A stretch of DNA of 63,547 nt, counting the filler, from Octopus bimaculoides (taxonomy: Eukaryota), in NCBI RefSeq assembly GCF_001194135.2. It is 6 parts of 6 records of this genome, joined end to end, with 100 filler letters (N's around TTAATTAATTAA, not from the genome) between each part and the next. Parts side by side here need not be neighbours in the genome. Positions count along the whole stretch, not along the records: positions 47,759 to 54,050 come from NC_068996.1; positions 54,151 to 62,194 come from NC_068987.1; 4 more parts are not named here. The stretch is one strand, 5' to 3'. The position numbers were made by a program, and so were the translations under genes. Below are positions 49,171 to 61,995 of this stretch, piece by piece (the first letter of the stretch is position 1; each line of letters starts with the position of its first letter). The notes under the pieces are model-generated. The model saw only the letters and a program-made list of their open reading frames with translations. It ran no database searches and was not told where the DNA came from.

Positions 49171-52100
49171 TCTTTATTTGTCACTAAGAGTTCACAAAAA
49201 AAAAAGCCCTGCTGACAGCACTTCCACGCCTTTAGAGTTTATCTCGAACTGGTAATGCCCACCGGTAGTACTGCCAGGCCAAGGACTTCTGGAAATTATC
49301 CATGGTAGTCCCCGACCTGAAAGCCCTCTGGAACAGACAGGACAAGACAATATGGGGTTACATAAATAGAGGCCCCTAATAAAGTAAAAAAAAATTACAA
49401 AAATATAAATTTTAGCAAAGAATAATTTCCTATAAGAGGGAGATTACTTAGGGCTGCTCGTGGAAACCCCACAAAACCCCACTAGGGCAAGTGCCCTCTC
49501 CTCATCGTCTACAGGTGCATGTTTAGAGTAGACCCGTTCACTCGTACCATTTCTATCACAATTCAACAAGATTGCTGGGATATGGGTGATGGGGGCAGCA
49601 CTTCTCTCTCTACTCTTACTTACATGTGAAACTTGAAAAGGTTGATGAGGGCTCGGTCAAAGAGGAAAGTATCTGTTTTCAGCCCTTTCCATCTGGTTCA
49701 CCACACAACCTCTTTCGCTAAGACAAGAGAACACTTCCTGTCCTTTTTTCTGGCCGAAGGAAGGCGGTGAGACGATATTTACTGTGAACTCAACCGATAG
49801 CCAGATCCGTCTTACACGTGACATTAGGTATTCAACATAAACTCACAAGTCAGCAATGCTCAGGCAAGCCCGGCTGACAGCACTTCCACGCCTTTAGAGT
49901 TTATCTCGAACTGGTAATGCCCACCGGTAGTACTGCCAGGCCAAGGACTTCTGGAAATTATCCATGGTAGTCCCCGACCTGAAAGTCCTCTGGAACAGAC
50001 AACCCAGTTCGTTTTCGTCTCCGAGAACATTGTTACATTTCCCTGCTACTAATTCACTATATATTGCTAAAACGGAACTTCACCGATCCCGTTGCCCGGC
50101 TGGTAGAAGACAGTAGGAGCCAGACGACGTTCAAGGTACTAGGCGCCCAAGACTGCAGTTCCATCAAGAGACAAGCCGTGGAAAGATGTACATCACAAAC
50201 GGATCCCACACACGTTCACCGTCTAGAAATTGTAGCAGATGGCGCAACTTGAGCGCGTCTTTGCGCATCAAAAGCCACGGCATACCTAAGCCGCCTCGCA
50301 GATGGTGTTGCTAGCAGACTGGCTGCCTGGCTATTGGAAATACACAAGAGTCGCTCCGATCTGATCAAGTAGTAAAGTACGAAGGTCAGGCGATAAATGA
50401 TAACGGAGGAAATGTAGGCATTCACCACTTTTGTTCGACCTTTCGTGGACAGCTTCCTCTCTGCTCGTTTCTGGGTAAAACTGGCTATCCTGTTCGTCAC
50501 TTCATCCCAGTTCTTATTCACCTAAAGGTCAGGACTGAGCCAGACCCTAAGCAGTTTAACTGGTCAGTCAGTCCAACGTCCGACGGCATCAACCTGCCTT
50601 TTCAGATGATCAGTCGCAAATCACCCGACTTGTCGGCGTTGATTTTGGCGCCATGCAAACGACTCATATTCCTTTAGAATGGAGCCGCAAGTCTCCACTT
50701 CGCAGGCGTCCGACACTATGTCAGTGATGTCGGCCGCGTAGGCCGACACTTTTCTCCCGTGTCCCAGTTCGAAATGGATGCCTCTCAACTGTTCCAACTT
50801 CCACAACAGTGACTCGATAGCCAGCAAGTGCAGAAGAGGTGACAGCAGGCAGTCCTGACGGACCGGGCGTACGATGCGAAACTGTTTCGATTGATAGCCG
50901 TTTACTTTGATCACCGAGCAGATGCCGCTGTGCATTACAGCAATCGAGCCTCTGAAAACGGGTCCGAAACCAATCTCTTTTAGGACGGCTTCCAAGTAGC
51001 GATGGACGACCTTATCGATTGCTTTCGACTGATCCAAATTGATCAAGGATCTACCAAAGCCAGCTTTAGTTCCAGCTTTCTCTATGATGTAGGGCATAAG
51101 CTGGAGGTTGTCGTGGATACACCTATTCGGGATTGCGTACATTTGCGTTTGCCCGACTAAACTCCAAACTTTTCGCTAACACCTTAGATAAAATCTTAAA
51201 CTCTGTGTTTAGCAGAGTTATGGGCCAAAAAATTCCTAGTACGTCCCAATTGTCAGCGCCTTTCCTCGGCAGTGTCACCATATCCCCGTTTACAGCACTA
51301 GGGATTCTCCCATCCTGCTGCCAGTTACGGCAGACGTCTGTCAAGGGGTCGCCAAACAAATCTGGCATAAATACATAGAATTCATTGGGCAGACCATCCA
51401 AACCGGACAAGTTGCGACTTCAGAGGCCGTTACAGGCTTTTCGCAGAACCTCGCGTCCACTGCCGAGATCCACGGCAAGCCGAACTAAATTCTGTTACCG
51501 TCGTCAACCCATCAACTTCCTCAAACAGGCGCGCGAAGGGTAGCTGGAAAGCCGCACACATCTGCTCAGAACCGAGTAGCACGCAACCGCCCCGATCCGG
51601 CAAAGACCGGATCGTGGTTTTGTTCCATGTCGTATCTCCACTATTCGGGTCCATATTTTAGCATACGGGCCCTAGCTCTGACAACGCGCCCTTCGTGTTT
51701 CACATCAAAGAAGTTGCCAATGGCCATTCTCGCTGATAACATGTCGGTCGCGATGCCTTTACTAATAGCCTCTTCTAGTCTGTTAACTAGTTCTCCCTCT
51801 AATCTATTTCTTTCTATTGTTATGTCTTTGCTAAACGCTATCGATTCTACTTTAATCATTCCCTTCAGAGCGATTCACCACCGGTTGTTGACGATTGCCA
51901 CCGTCAACTCTCGTTTAACTAACTCGCTAATCCGGTCCCTGTATTTTTTACGTGTCGGTAAGGTGGGGTCTTTCTCACTAACTTTACTCTTCAACTCTCA
52001 CTAACCGGGTTCCTGTCTATGAATGAAATCTAAATCAACTATGCAGATCACGAATTGGTGATCTGTCTAGTCGACCATCTGTCTGGACAAATCTGTTGAT

Positions 52101-52725
52101 CTAACAAATAACACTATCTAGATACAATCTGGATGACCCACTGTGGTTGCTCCATGTCCACATTGACACATCGGCGAAGTTCAGTCAGTACCTCGCAGAC
52201 AACTGAAAATTTCTGAGCAGGTTTTCGAGCCTTTTACACCTGCTTCTGCTATGTACAAGATCCACACACAGTCCTTCCGTGCGTCCAAAATATTATTCCA
52301 GTCTCCCACTAGTACTAAAGTGTGAGACGTTCCCAAGAATGTTTCTACACGCCTGAAGAAATCTGGCCTTCCAGCCCCTTTTGGATCATAAGTTGCCACC
52401 AGTCTAAAGGCGCTATATTCGCTGCTATTCGGTCCAGGACCACCACCCTACCATCCGGGTCCAGGAAGATAGCCCGTACTTAGAAATCTAAGGATCTACG
52501 AAGTAGTACTGCTACACCGTCACCCGCTCCCGATAAATCACAAGATGAAAATATCTCGTAGTCCCCGAAAATGGATGTTTAAGTGTGTTTTTCGGAAATT
52601 TTTGTTTCACTAATGTCGATCACATCTAAACCAATCGACTTGAAATCGTTGAGCAAGTGGCCTTGCTTCCAAGTTGATCTAAGGCCACGCACATTCACTC
52701 ACTGACAGTAGTTATGCTAGTCGGA
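49171..52725 (-). mobile_element. Tx1/L1-clade LINE, ORF2 pseudogene (APE-RT-zinc finger) with 3' UTR and AATAAA
   Basis: APE: NVRGLRSTWKQGH...LVGDWNNILD. RT: GLDGLPNEFY...PITLLNTEFKILSKVLAK, LDQSKAIDKV, VRQDCLLSPLL, SAYAADIT. C-terminus: FQRTFRSG...WQYYRWALPVRDKL. Many stops and frameshifts. Confidence 0.9.
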
Positions 52726-52739
52726 GAAAGAAAAGGATG

Positions 52740-53050
52740 AGGTCACTCACCTTGATTTACGAGAAGTTGTGATCTTCTGAACTTCTCTACTGGTGAACGC
52801 TTTCTAAAAGTTCCATCTAAAAACCTTTTGTCTCTTGTTTTTTTTTAAAATCCCAATGCTAGCAGGAAATTTTTCATGTATTGTTTTATAAACGCCCTGA
52901 TCATATCTGCACTCAATCTGATTAGGAGGTTGTTGTGTCCTAGCATATGTGCTGCTTCTTTTAGTTTTCGGATTTTAAACTGGTGTTCTCTCTCTATTAT
53001 TTTAACTTCATCCCACAGGAGGGGGTGGTTTCCATTTTTCCATATATGAT
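52740..53050 (-). mobile_element. Probable PLE C-terminal/3' UTR remnant
   Basis: Minus strand reads REHQFKIRKLKEAAHMLGHNNLL, resembling the GIY-YIG C-terminal RKxKEA motif. Confidence 0.45.
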
Positions 53051-53069
53051 CAGCTATACCCGATTTATC

Positions 53070-53097
<28 letters not shown>

Positions 53098-53100
<3 letters not shown>

Positions 53101-53299
53101 CCCGGATGCAGTACCAGGCAGTGGCTCTCATGGCTTCTGATCTTAATTGATTGGAGGTGCTATCATATATATCGCGGACATATGGTTGCGATGCAAGTGC
53201 CTGGTGTACCCTTATCAGACAGGTAGTCATGATGGGTATAATGGGCTTCGTATATTTTACCCCAGTGTCACTTTGATGGCATGCACTACTCTCTCACTC

Positions 53300-53300
<1 letters not shown>
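53098..53300 (+). mobile_element. Unclassified interspersed repeat flanked by (TAA)n (same family as 48115)
   Basis: Homologous to 48115-48266; (aat)n on both sides. Confidence 0.7.
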
Positions 53301-53370
<70 letters not shown>

Positions 53371-53372
<2 letters not shown>

Positions 53373-54050
53373 TCTCGTAGTCCTTGAGACGGTGTTGTCT
53401 CAAAAAATCTACCTTAAACAGACAGATCCGTCCCCTAGCGTCAACGTCGAAGCTTGTTATGCCTCACTGTTAATAAAACAAAATACAAACCGGAATGGTC
53501 ATAGACCGGGTTATAAAGGACCACTTACTCGGATAATGAACCAGATCCGAGTCGAGAAATCTGCTACTAGTTCAAATCTTTCCGACACACAGGAGATGGA
53601 AGTACCCCACAACCGGAATATTCCAACAGATGGCCATCCATGCTCGTCATCAAATAACCAAAAGAAAAAGAATGAAAAATGGTCTAGGGAAGATAAAGAA
53701 ATTCTTGCAGCCTTCTACCATGCCATATATTTTCCTACAGATAAATCTAATACTGTACAAACCTACTTAAACTGGAGACAGAAACACCTTGAAGTAAGAC
53801 CCTACATAGACAGTAACAAACTTGCCAACGTCAGAAGAAACATTATGAAAAAAAAATTACTAACTGAAGTAGAGATTGACCAAATTAAACAAGCAGTAAG
53901 GGATAAAAAGAATGAAACTGCAGCTAAAGAAGATACTACAGAGGAAATAATTATAAACCAGCCCAAGGCTGATGAAAATACAGTAATGATTGAAAGAGTT
54001 AAGGTAACTGATAGGCAAAGTGAAAAACTCTCTGAACCAACCATAAACAC
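53371..54050 (+). mobile_element. R4/Dong LINE 5' end; N-terminal ORF open for about 220 codons up to the gap
   Basis: KWSREDKEILAAFYHAIYFP...TYLNWRQKH...DSNKLANVRRNIMKKKLLTEVEIDQIKQAV is the R4/Dong N-terminal domain. It begins right after (aat)n, the known Dong target. Confidence 0.75.
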
Positions 54051-54150
54051 NNNNNNNNNNNNNNNNNNNNNNNNNNNNNNNNNNNNNNNNNNNNTTAATT
54101 AATTAANNNNNNNNNNNNNNNNNNNNNNNNNNNNNNNNNNNNNNNNNNNN

Positions 54151-54203
<53 letters not shown>

Positions 54204-55255
54204 TATATGTATGTATTATATGTGTATATATATATATATATGTGTATATATATATATATATGTGTATATCTATATATGTATATATATGTATGCATGTATG
54301 TATACACATTCATATAAATACATATTTATGCGTGTGTGTATATACATACATGCATACCAACATACATATATATTCGTACACGTACGCACACACAAATATA
54401 TGCACATACACATATATACATATGCACAGATATTTCAATCTACATATATGGTTTCGTATATGTGTGTGTGCTCGCTTGGATATGTTGTGTGTATGCGTTT
54501 GTGTGAGTGTGTGATCGTGTGTGTGTTTAAATGCAAAATCTGTTGAAGTAGTGGACGGTCAATTTTCTATTGCTGCGTTGAAACTGAATGAATTATTCCT
54601 CCGGCACTCTGATGATAAAAAGGCCAAGTTCTCCATATTTTCTTATCGTCATGGCTGCCGCACGTCATCGAAGAAATAAAACTCTGAGTAACCAGTTCAT
54701 TATCATATTATTACCATCGAAGTTATAGTATATATANNNNNNNNNNNNNNNNNNNNNNNNNNNNNNNNNNNNNNNNNNNNNNNNNNNNNNNNNNNNNNNN
54801 NNNNNNNNNNNNNNNNNNNNNNNNNNNNNNNNNNNNNNNNNNNNNNNNNNNNNNNNNNNNNNNNNNNNNNNNNNNNNNNNNNNNNNNNNNNNNNNNNNNN
54901 NNNNNNNNNNNNNNNNNNNNNNNNNNNNNNNNNNNNNNNNNNNNNNNNNNNNNNNNNNNNNNNNNNNNNNNNNNNNNNNNNNNNNNNNNNNNNNNNNNNN
55001 NNNNNNNNNNNNNNNNNNNNNNNNNNNNNNNNNNNNNNNNNNNNNNNNNNNNNNNNNNNNNNNNNNNNNNNNNNNNNNNNNNNNNNNNNNNNNNNNNNNN
55101 NNNNNNNNNNNNNNNNNNNNNNNNNNNNNNNNNNNNNNNNNNNNNNNNNNNNNNNNNNNNNNNNNNNNNNNNNNNNNNNNNNNNNNNNNNNNNNNNNNNN
55201 NNNNNNNNNNNNNNNNNNNNNNNNNNNNNNNNNNNNNNNNNNNNNNNNNNNNNNN

Positions 55256-55309
<54 letters not shown>

Positions 55310-55903
55310 ACATATCATTCAAATGCAATTCAGTAGTGTATGAAATAAAGCAATCATTTGGGGAAGATTTTAGACGTCATAACAGGAGGTCTTTACAGAT
55401 TGTTATTCTGTATTATGCCTCGAACTTTCATTTTGGGAGCCTTCAAAATTGGCTTCCTGCATCCTCAGTGAAAATGGTAATGATATGTTTGAGGCCCTAA
55501 GTGTATAGCAGTATACCCAGGAACTACGTATTCCAACTTAATTAACAAAGGAACGTAAAGTTTGATGGCTTCCAGTACTTATATCCTTCAAACGAACGTA
55601 AACATATGCTATATGTTTTATATATTGATTCATGTCTGCGCATTTGTGTATGTACCGAGATGTTTATATGCTATGTAACATGAAGTCAGTCTATTAGTAA
55701 GGAATGGCAAGTATATGGAAGAGTAAGAGAAAGAGTGAGAAGGTGATAAACTTATATTTTATGGTAGAAATTCAGAAAGATTATAAGAGAAAACAAAGAG
55801 AGAGATATAGAGGAGAAATATCACCACGAGAAAAAATAAAAGACAGAGAGAGAGGAAGAGTGGCGGGACAGAAGCATAGTGGAAATGCAATGTGAGTCAT
55901 AGA

Positions 55904-55935
<32 letters not shown>

Positions 55936-56411
55936 GAGTGTGTATATATGTGCAAAGAGTGACAGAGAGACAGACAGACAGACAGACATAGAGAAAGAGC
56001 AAGATAAAGAGAGTAATATAGAAGTTGATACAGATTAAAGATTAAAGAAAAATGTCGCAATGTCCGATGGTTAAGCTAGACAATATACGTGCGTGTGCTT
56101 TTATATGTATGCATGCCCACACTCACATACACACATGCACACAAGTACACATGCACACGCACACGCACACACAAATACATAAATATATATATATATACAT
56201 ATATGTACGCACATACACATCTATATAGGCCCCAAATTTGAAATTGAGTCAATATCGCTTATTCACCATTCCAGCCAATCTTTCATCTTTTACGCCCTTA
56301 TCTATCATTTATTTATTTATTTATTTATCTATTTATCGATTACCAATTCATTCGCCTTGCTTTTTTTTATATTTTCTTGTTTTTGTTTTTTCTCGTTCGG
56401 TNNNNNNNNNN

Positions 56412-56515
<104 letters not shown>

Positions 56516-57199
56516 CATATATGTACGCACATACACATCTATATAGGCCCCAAATTTGAAATTGAGTCAATATCGCTTATTCACCATTCCAGCCAATCTT
56601 TCATCTTTTACGCCCTTATCTATCATTTATTTATTTATTTATTTATCTATTTATCGATTACCAATTCATTCGCCTTGCTTTTTTTTATATTTTCTTGTTT
56701 TTGTTTTTTCTCGTTCGGTTCTTTTTTTTTTATTTCCCTCCAGTTTTTTTTTTATTATTATTTTTATTTTGTTCGCGTCGCTTTTTACAACTAAAATTCA
56801 GCTCTTTGTACTTTGCCTGATAGCATATTCTTTCATTACTATATTCTCTTACTCTTTTAATGTATTTGGCGCTGGCCAAACAGATACCATATTATCTTCC
56901 CTTCTCACACCACCTACCTACCTCACCTATCACTTCCACCAACATCATCAACATCCCATCACAGTCAGCTAACATCGGTAGCATCACAAACACTGTCATC
57001 AACTCCATTAAACCTCGCAACATTTCCATCAGCATTGTTATCGTCATCACCACACCAACTTCGTCGCAATCACGAGCACTAACATTAGCAACACTAAGAC
57101 AACTAGCACCAACATCAACACCACTATTAGTATTAGCAACGTCACCACTCTCTACCTTCTCCCATTACCCTCACTAACTCAATCATCAATGCCATAAGC

Positions 57200-57600
57200 T
57201 TTCTCTTCTAATCACTGCTACCGCCATTGTCGTCACCGCAACAGACACGAAGGATTACGCATGCGTATAAAAAGGTCACTGCTAATGGAAGTGACAGATT
57301 CCGTTTTTCTCGACCGCTGAATTCTGGGTAAAATTCATTAAACATTGCTGTCGACATGAATGATTGATTTACACGGTAAACGAACGCCTTCATCTCAGCT
57401 AACGAGGCAGCCGACAACTCCGGCAGGCGTCTCAAAATTATGAATGATAATGGGTAACACGGGTTAGTCGAGAGCAGACTACAGCGGAAGGTGTAGGGAA
57501 TGCTGCGTAGTGAAGAGAAGAGCCGATGCCATTGAAATCTGTTTGCATAGGCCTTGGTGATCGTTTGACTTATGACCCATTATTTCGGGCTCTCCACTAA
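57200..57600. promoter_or_regulatory. Candidate CpG-rich, repeat-free cis-regulatory island
   Basis: About 24 CpG in ~380 bp. Contains the palindrome TACGCATGCGTA (57256-57267) overlapping TATAAAAAGG (57266-57275), and TGATTGATTTAC (57361-57372, Pbx/Exd-Hox-like). Motif evidence only. Confidence 0.3.
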
Positions 57601-57761
57601 TTATTCCTTCCCTTAGCCATTATTACTCTTTCATTCTTCACACTTCTGTTCCATTTTTTTTGTGGGGGGTGAGGATCTTCCTCTTCTTCTGTTCACTTTT
57701 AACAACGCTCTCTTTTCTTCTGTATACACATATACACACAAACAATACATATACATATATA

Positions 57762-57831
<70 letters not shown>

Positions 57832-58805
57832 CATATATATATATATATATACATGCATTCACGTGTACATATGTATACGTATAAATGTGTGTGTGTGTGT
57901 TGGTGTGTATTTTGGGATGTGTATGTGTGGATGTAGGTATATAGATACGCATATAGTAACATACGTACTTTAATCTACTCTCTTATACAAGTCTATTCTA
58001 TTTGAGAAACATATTTCTACATTTACATTTACTTGAACGACTGAGGCTTTCTTTTTCTAAGACACATGAATATACTTACACATAACGCACAAAGACACGA
58101 ATATATACACACATTTACATACAAGGATACGCATGCGCGCACTCACGCACACACAGACACACACACACACACACACACACACATACTTCAATTGGCATAT
58201 GTAAGAGCGTATGCAAGCACATACACATGAGTGACTGTATGCGCATTAACACATACAAAAGTTATGAACACACTCATATAAAGCGTTTCATGTATTTGGT
58301 GAAAATGTTCATATTCTCTTGCTGACAGCCGTAACTCTGTTTTTCTCACCTCTTGAATCACTCAATTAGCTTGGTACTTTTAATAATGTATTCATAGAAA
58401 TAAGTTAAAACTAACGAGCAATGAATGAAGGAATGAATATTCTTGATAACCCGTCTGCATTCTAGTTCTTTTTTCTCCATCTGTCATTTTCGTCTCTTTC
58501 ACTCCCTCCCTCCCTCACTCACTCACTCATTCACTCACTCATTCACTCTCTCACCATTTCCCTCAATTGACTCAGTCAGGCTTTCTCTCTACCTCACATG
58601 GACGACAAATTTCCCTTAGCTTTTGCAGATATTCTACAGATTTTCTACATTTCTCTTCAATTTCTTAAGATCCGTTCCTCTTCACTTAATTATTCTCTAT
58701 TCTTTGTTGCTTTCACATGCTTTACTTTTTATTCTTATTTTTTTCTTGTAAGATTAAAAAAAAATATTTTCTTATTAATTTACTTATCAGCTTGCTCCTA
58801 AAGTG

Positions 58806-58854
<49 letters not shown>

Positions 58855-58884
58855 GTCTTTCTATCTATCTAATCTATCTATCTT

Positions 58885-58936
<52 letters not shown>

Positions 58937-59301
58937 NNNNNNNNNNNNNNNNNNNNNNNNNNNNNNNNNNNNNNNNNNNNNNNNNNNNNNNNNNNNNNNN
59001 NNNNNNNNNNNNNNNNNNNNNNNNNNNNNNNNNNNNNNNNNNNNNNNNNNNNNNNNNNNNNNNNNNNNNNNNNNNNNNNNNNNNNNNNNNNNNNNNNNNN
59101 NNNNNNNNNNNNNNNNNNNNNNNNNNNNNNNNNNNNNNNNNNNNNNNNNNNNNNNNNNNNNNNNNNNNNNNNNNNNNNNNNNNNNNNNNNNNNNNNNNNN
59201 NNNNNNNNNNNNNNNNNNNNNNNNNNNNNNNNNNNNNNNNNNNNNNNNNNNNNNGTTCTGAAGTAATACACGCGTGCGTACGCATTCACACACATACACA
59301 C

Positions 59302-59405
<104 letters not shown>

Positions 59406-59615
59406 AAAGCCAAAAGTACCAAAGCAATAAAATTGATTAATGTACTAAAATACCACTTACAACAATGGGATCACATCTGATCTGGTTAACAAACCTTTAC
59501 TTTGTAATAACGTTTATGAAAGCACCATTGCTCTGCACTGAAAGTTACCATGCACTCGTTTCCCTAATTACAATCTGATCAACTCTTCAGATCTTGCATT
59601 CCGTTCTTTCCACAG

Positions 59616-59738
59616 TTCAAAAATATATTTGCACAATTAAATCTACTCATATTTGAAGATCAATTAATGAATTTAGAGCTGATGTGGTGTGGTGTGGTTA
59701 ATAGGACTGGTTGGGCATCGGGGGAAAAATACCTTGAG
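59616..59738 (+). CDS. Possible isolated phase-0 coding exon (FKNIFAQLNLLIFEDQLMNLELMWCGVVNRTGWASGEKYLE), unrecognised
   Basis: Acceptor ttccgttctttccacag|, donor GAG|gtaaag, 123 nt with only one open frame. No recognisable homology; could easily be chance. Confidence 0.12.
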
Positions 59739-59912
59739 GTAAAGATATCTGTCTTCTCTTTATGTTCTTAATTTCAATCCTACAGAGGTCACGACTTTAC
59801 TTTTCATCATTTCTGGATCGAGAGCTAAAGCACTACCGGTTAAGTGTTGGATTGATTTACTTAACTCACATATCTGACCCCCAGAATATGTTATCTTGTA
59901 TTTATGGTAGAG

Positions 59913-59973
<61 letters not shown>

Positions 59974-61079
59974 CAATCACTACCACCGTCAGCAGCGCCA
60001 GCGCCGCCACCGACGCCACCACCGTTTTATTCATCTTCTTCCGTTCCTTCTTTGCCTTCCTACTATTATCTTCCGTCTCTCTTTTCTCTCTCATTTACCA
60101 TCCCCAACCTCTGCCTTCTCCTCCTGCTGCTGCTCCTGCTTCTGCTCTTCCTCCTCCTCCTCCTCCTCCTCCTGCTCCTCCTCCTCCACCTCGCTCTTGN
60201 NNNNNNNNNNNNNNNNNNNNNNNNNNNNNNNNNNNNNNNNNNNNNNNNNNNNNNNNNNNNNNNNNNNNNNNNNNNNNNNNNNNNNNNNNNNNNNNNNNNN
60301 NNNNNNNNNNNNNNNNNNNNNNNNNNNNNNNNNNNNNNNNNNNNNNNNNNNNNNNNNNNNNNNNNNNNNNNNNNNNNNNNNNNNNNNNNNNNNNNNNNNN
60401 NNNNNNNNNNNNNNNNNNNNNNNNNNNNNNNNNNNNNNNNNNNNNNNNNNNNNNNNNNNNNNNNNNNNNNNNNNNNNNNNNNNNNNNNNNNNNNNNNNNN
60501 NNNNNNNNNNNNNNNNNNNNNNNNTCCTCCTCCTCCTCCTCCTCCTCATCATCATCATCATCATCATCATCGATTTCAGGAGTGTTCTTCCTGTCACTGT
60601 ACGTTTAATTCATAATCGAATATAGGTATCTTTCGATGCTCTGAGTACGTTCTCTGTATTTTTATCATTACATCTTTAGCACGTGACATAATATGTGTTC
60701 TTTCACTAACTAGAAAGGTTTCGTTTTCTTTTCCTTTTATTCGAATGTTGTATCTGTTTACCTTCATTAAAGGTAAACACGCTCAAACACACACATACAC
60801 ATGCATACAGAATCTCTCTCAAGCATACACACATTTATGTAGGTATGTGTAAACGATGAAATTCACAGACACATCACGAATATACAGAGGCACGTCTACA
60901 TACATGCATCAGATACAGACACGCTGACAATGGTTCGTAAAGAGATATATGTTTCCTCATCCATTTACCTACATGAGTAGTTTCGATTTGGTGGATGGAA
61001 GGGTCGGGGTGAGGTGAGTACTGGGTTCTAAAGAAGAGAAACTAATGTAGCTTAAACCCAGAGACATGATTCTCCTGGT

Positions 61080-61209
61080 GAGCTGACGTCAATTTAATAA
61101 ACCATCTACGCCTACCACATACTAATACTGTATCAGATTCCTTCCTAAGTAGGCAGTTTAGAAGAAGTGACAAACAGACAGACCATATACACATATGTAT
61201 GTATGTATA

Positions 61210-61244
<35 letters not shown>

Positions 61245-61764
61245 NNNNNNNNNNNNNNNNNNNNNNNNNNNNNNNNNNNNNNNNNNNNNNNNNNNNNNNN
61301 NNNNNNNNNNNNNNNNNNNNNNNNNNNNNNNNNNNNNNNNNNNNNNNNNNNNNNNNNNNNNNNNNNNNNNNNNNNNNNNNNNNNNNNNNNNNNNNNNNNN
61401 NNNNNNNNNNNNNNNNNNNNNNNNNNNNNNNNNNNNNNNNNNNNNNNNNNNNNNNNNNNNNNNNNNNNNNNNNNNNNNNNNNNNNNNNNNNNNNNNNNNN
61501 NNNNNNNNNNNNNNNNNNNNNNNNNNNNNNNNNNNNNNNNNNNNNNNNNNNNNNNNNNNNNNNNNNNNNNNNNNNNNNNNNNNNNNNNNNNNNNNNNNNN
61601 NNNNNNNNNNNNNNNNNNNNNNNNNNNNNNNNNNNNNNNNNNNNNNNNNNNNNNNNNNNNNNNNNNNNNNNNNNNNNNNNNNNNNNNNNNNNNNNNNNNN
61701 NNNNNNNNNNNNNNNNNNNNNNNNNNNNNNNNNNNNNNNNNNNNNNNNNNNNNNNNNNNNNNNN

Positions 61765-61802
<38 letters not shown>

Positions 61803-61995
61803 TGGAGAACATCAAAATAATCAGAGGGGCCCGTACTTCTCCCCTAACTCTATACTCAATTTTACCAGTCACATGACATCAGCTATGTCCAGGCATAACA
61901 GGAAATGCTCCAATCGGATCTAACTGTCATCTCTTACCTATGAACACGCTGCACGTGACATTCCAATCGAAGCTGTCAATTTTCGATTTACGTCA
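61080..61995. promoter_or_regulatory. Cluster of promoter-type motifs (CRE, E-boxes, two CCAAT boxes) flanking a gap
   Basis: TGACGTCA (~61085), GTCACATGAC (~61867), CTCCAATCG (~61909), CACGTGAC (~61952), TTCCAATCG (~61961). Motif evidence only. Confidence 0.25.

Noticed and set aside
57208-57435. 75-aa minus-strand ORF (MRRLPELSAASLAEMK...)
   Set aside because: Non-ATG start and no homology recognised; the region is better treated as possible regulatory DNA.
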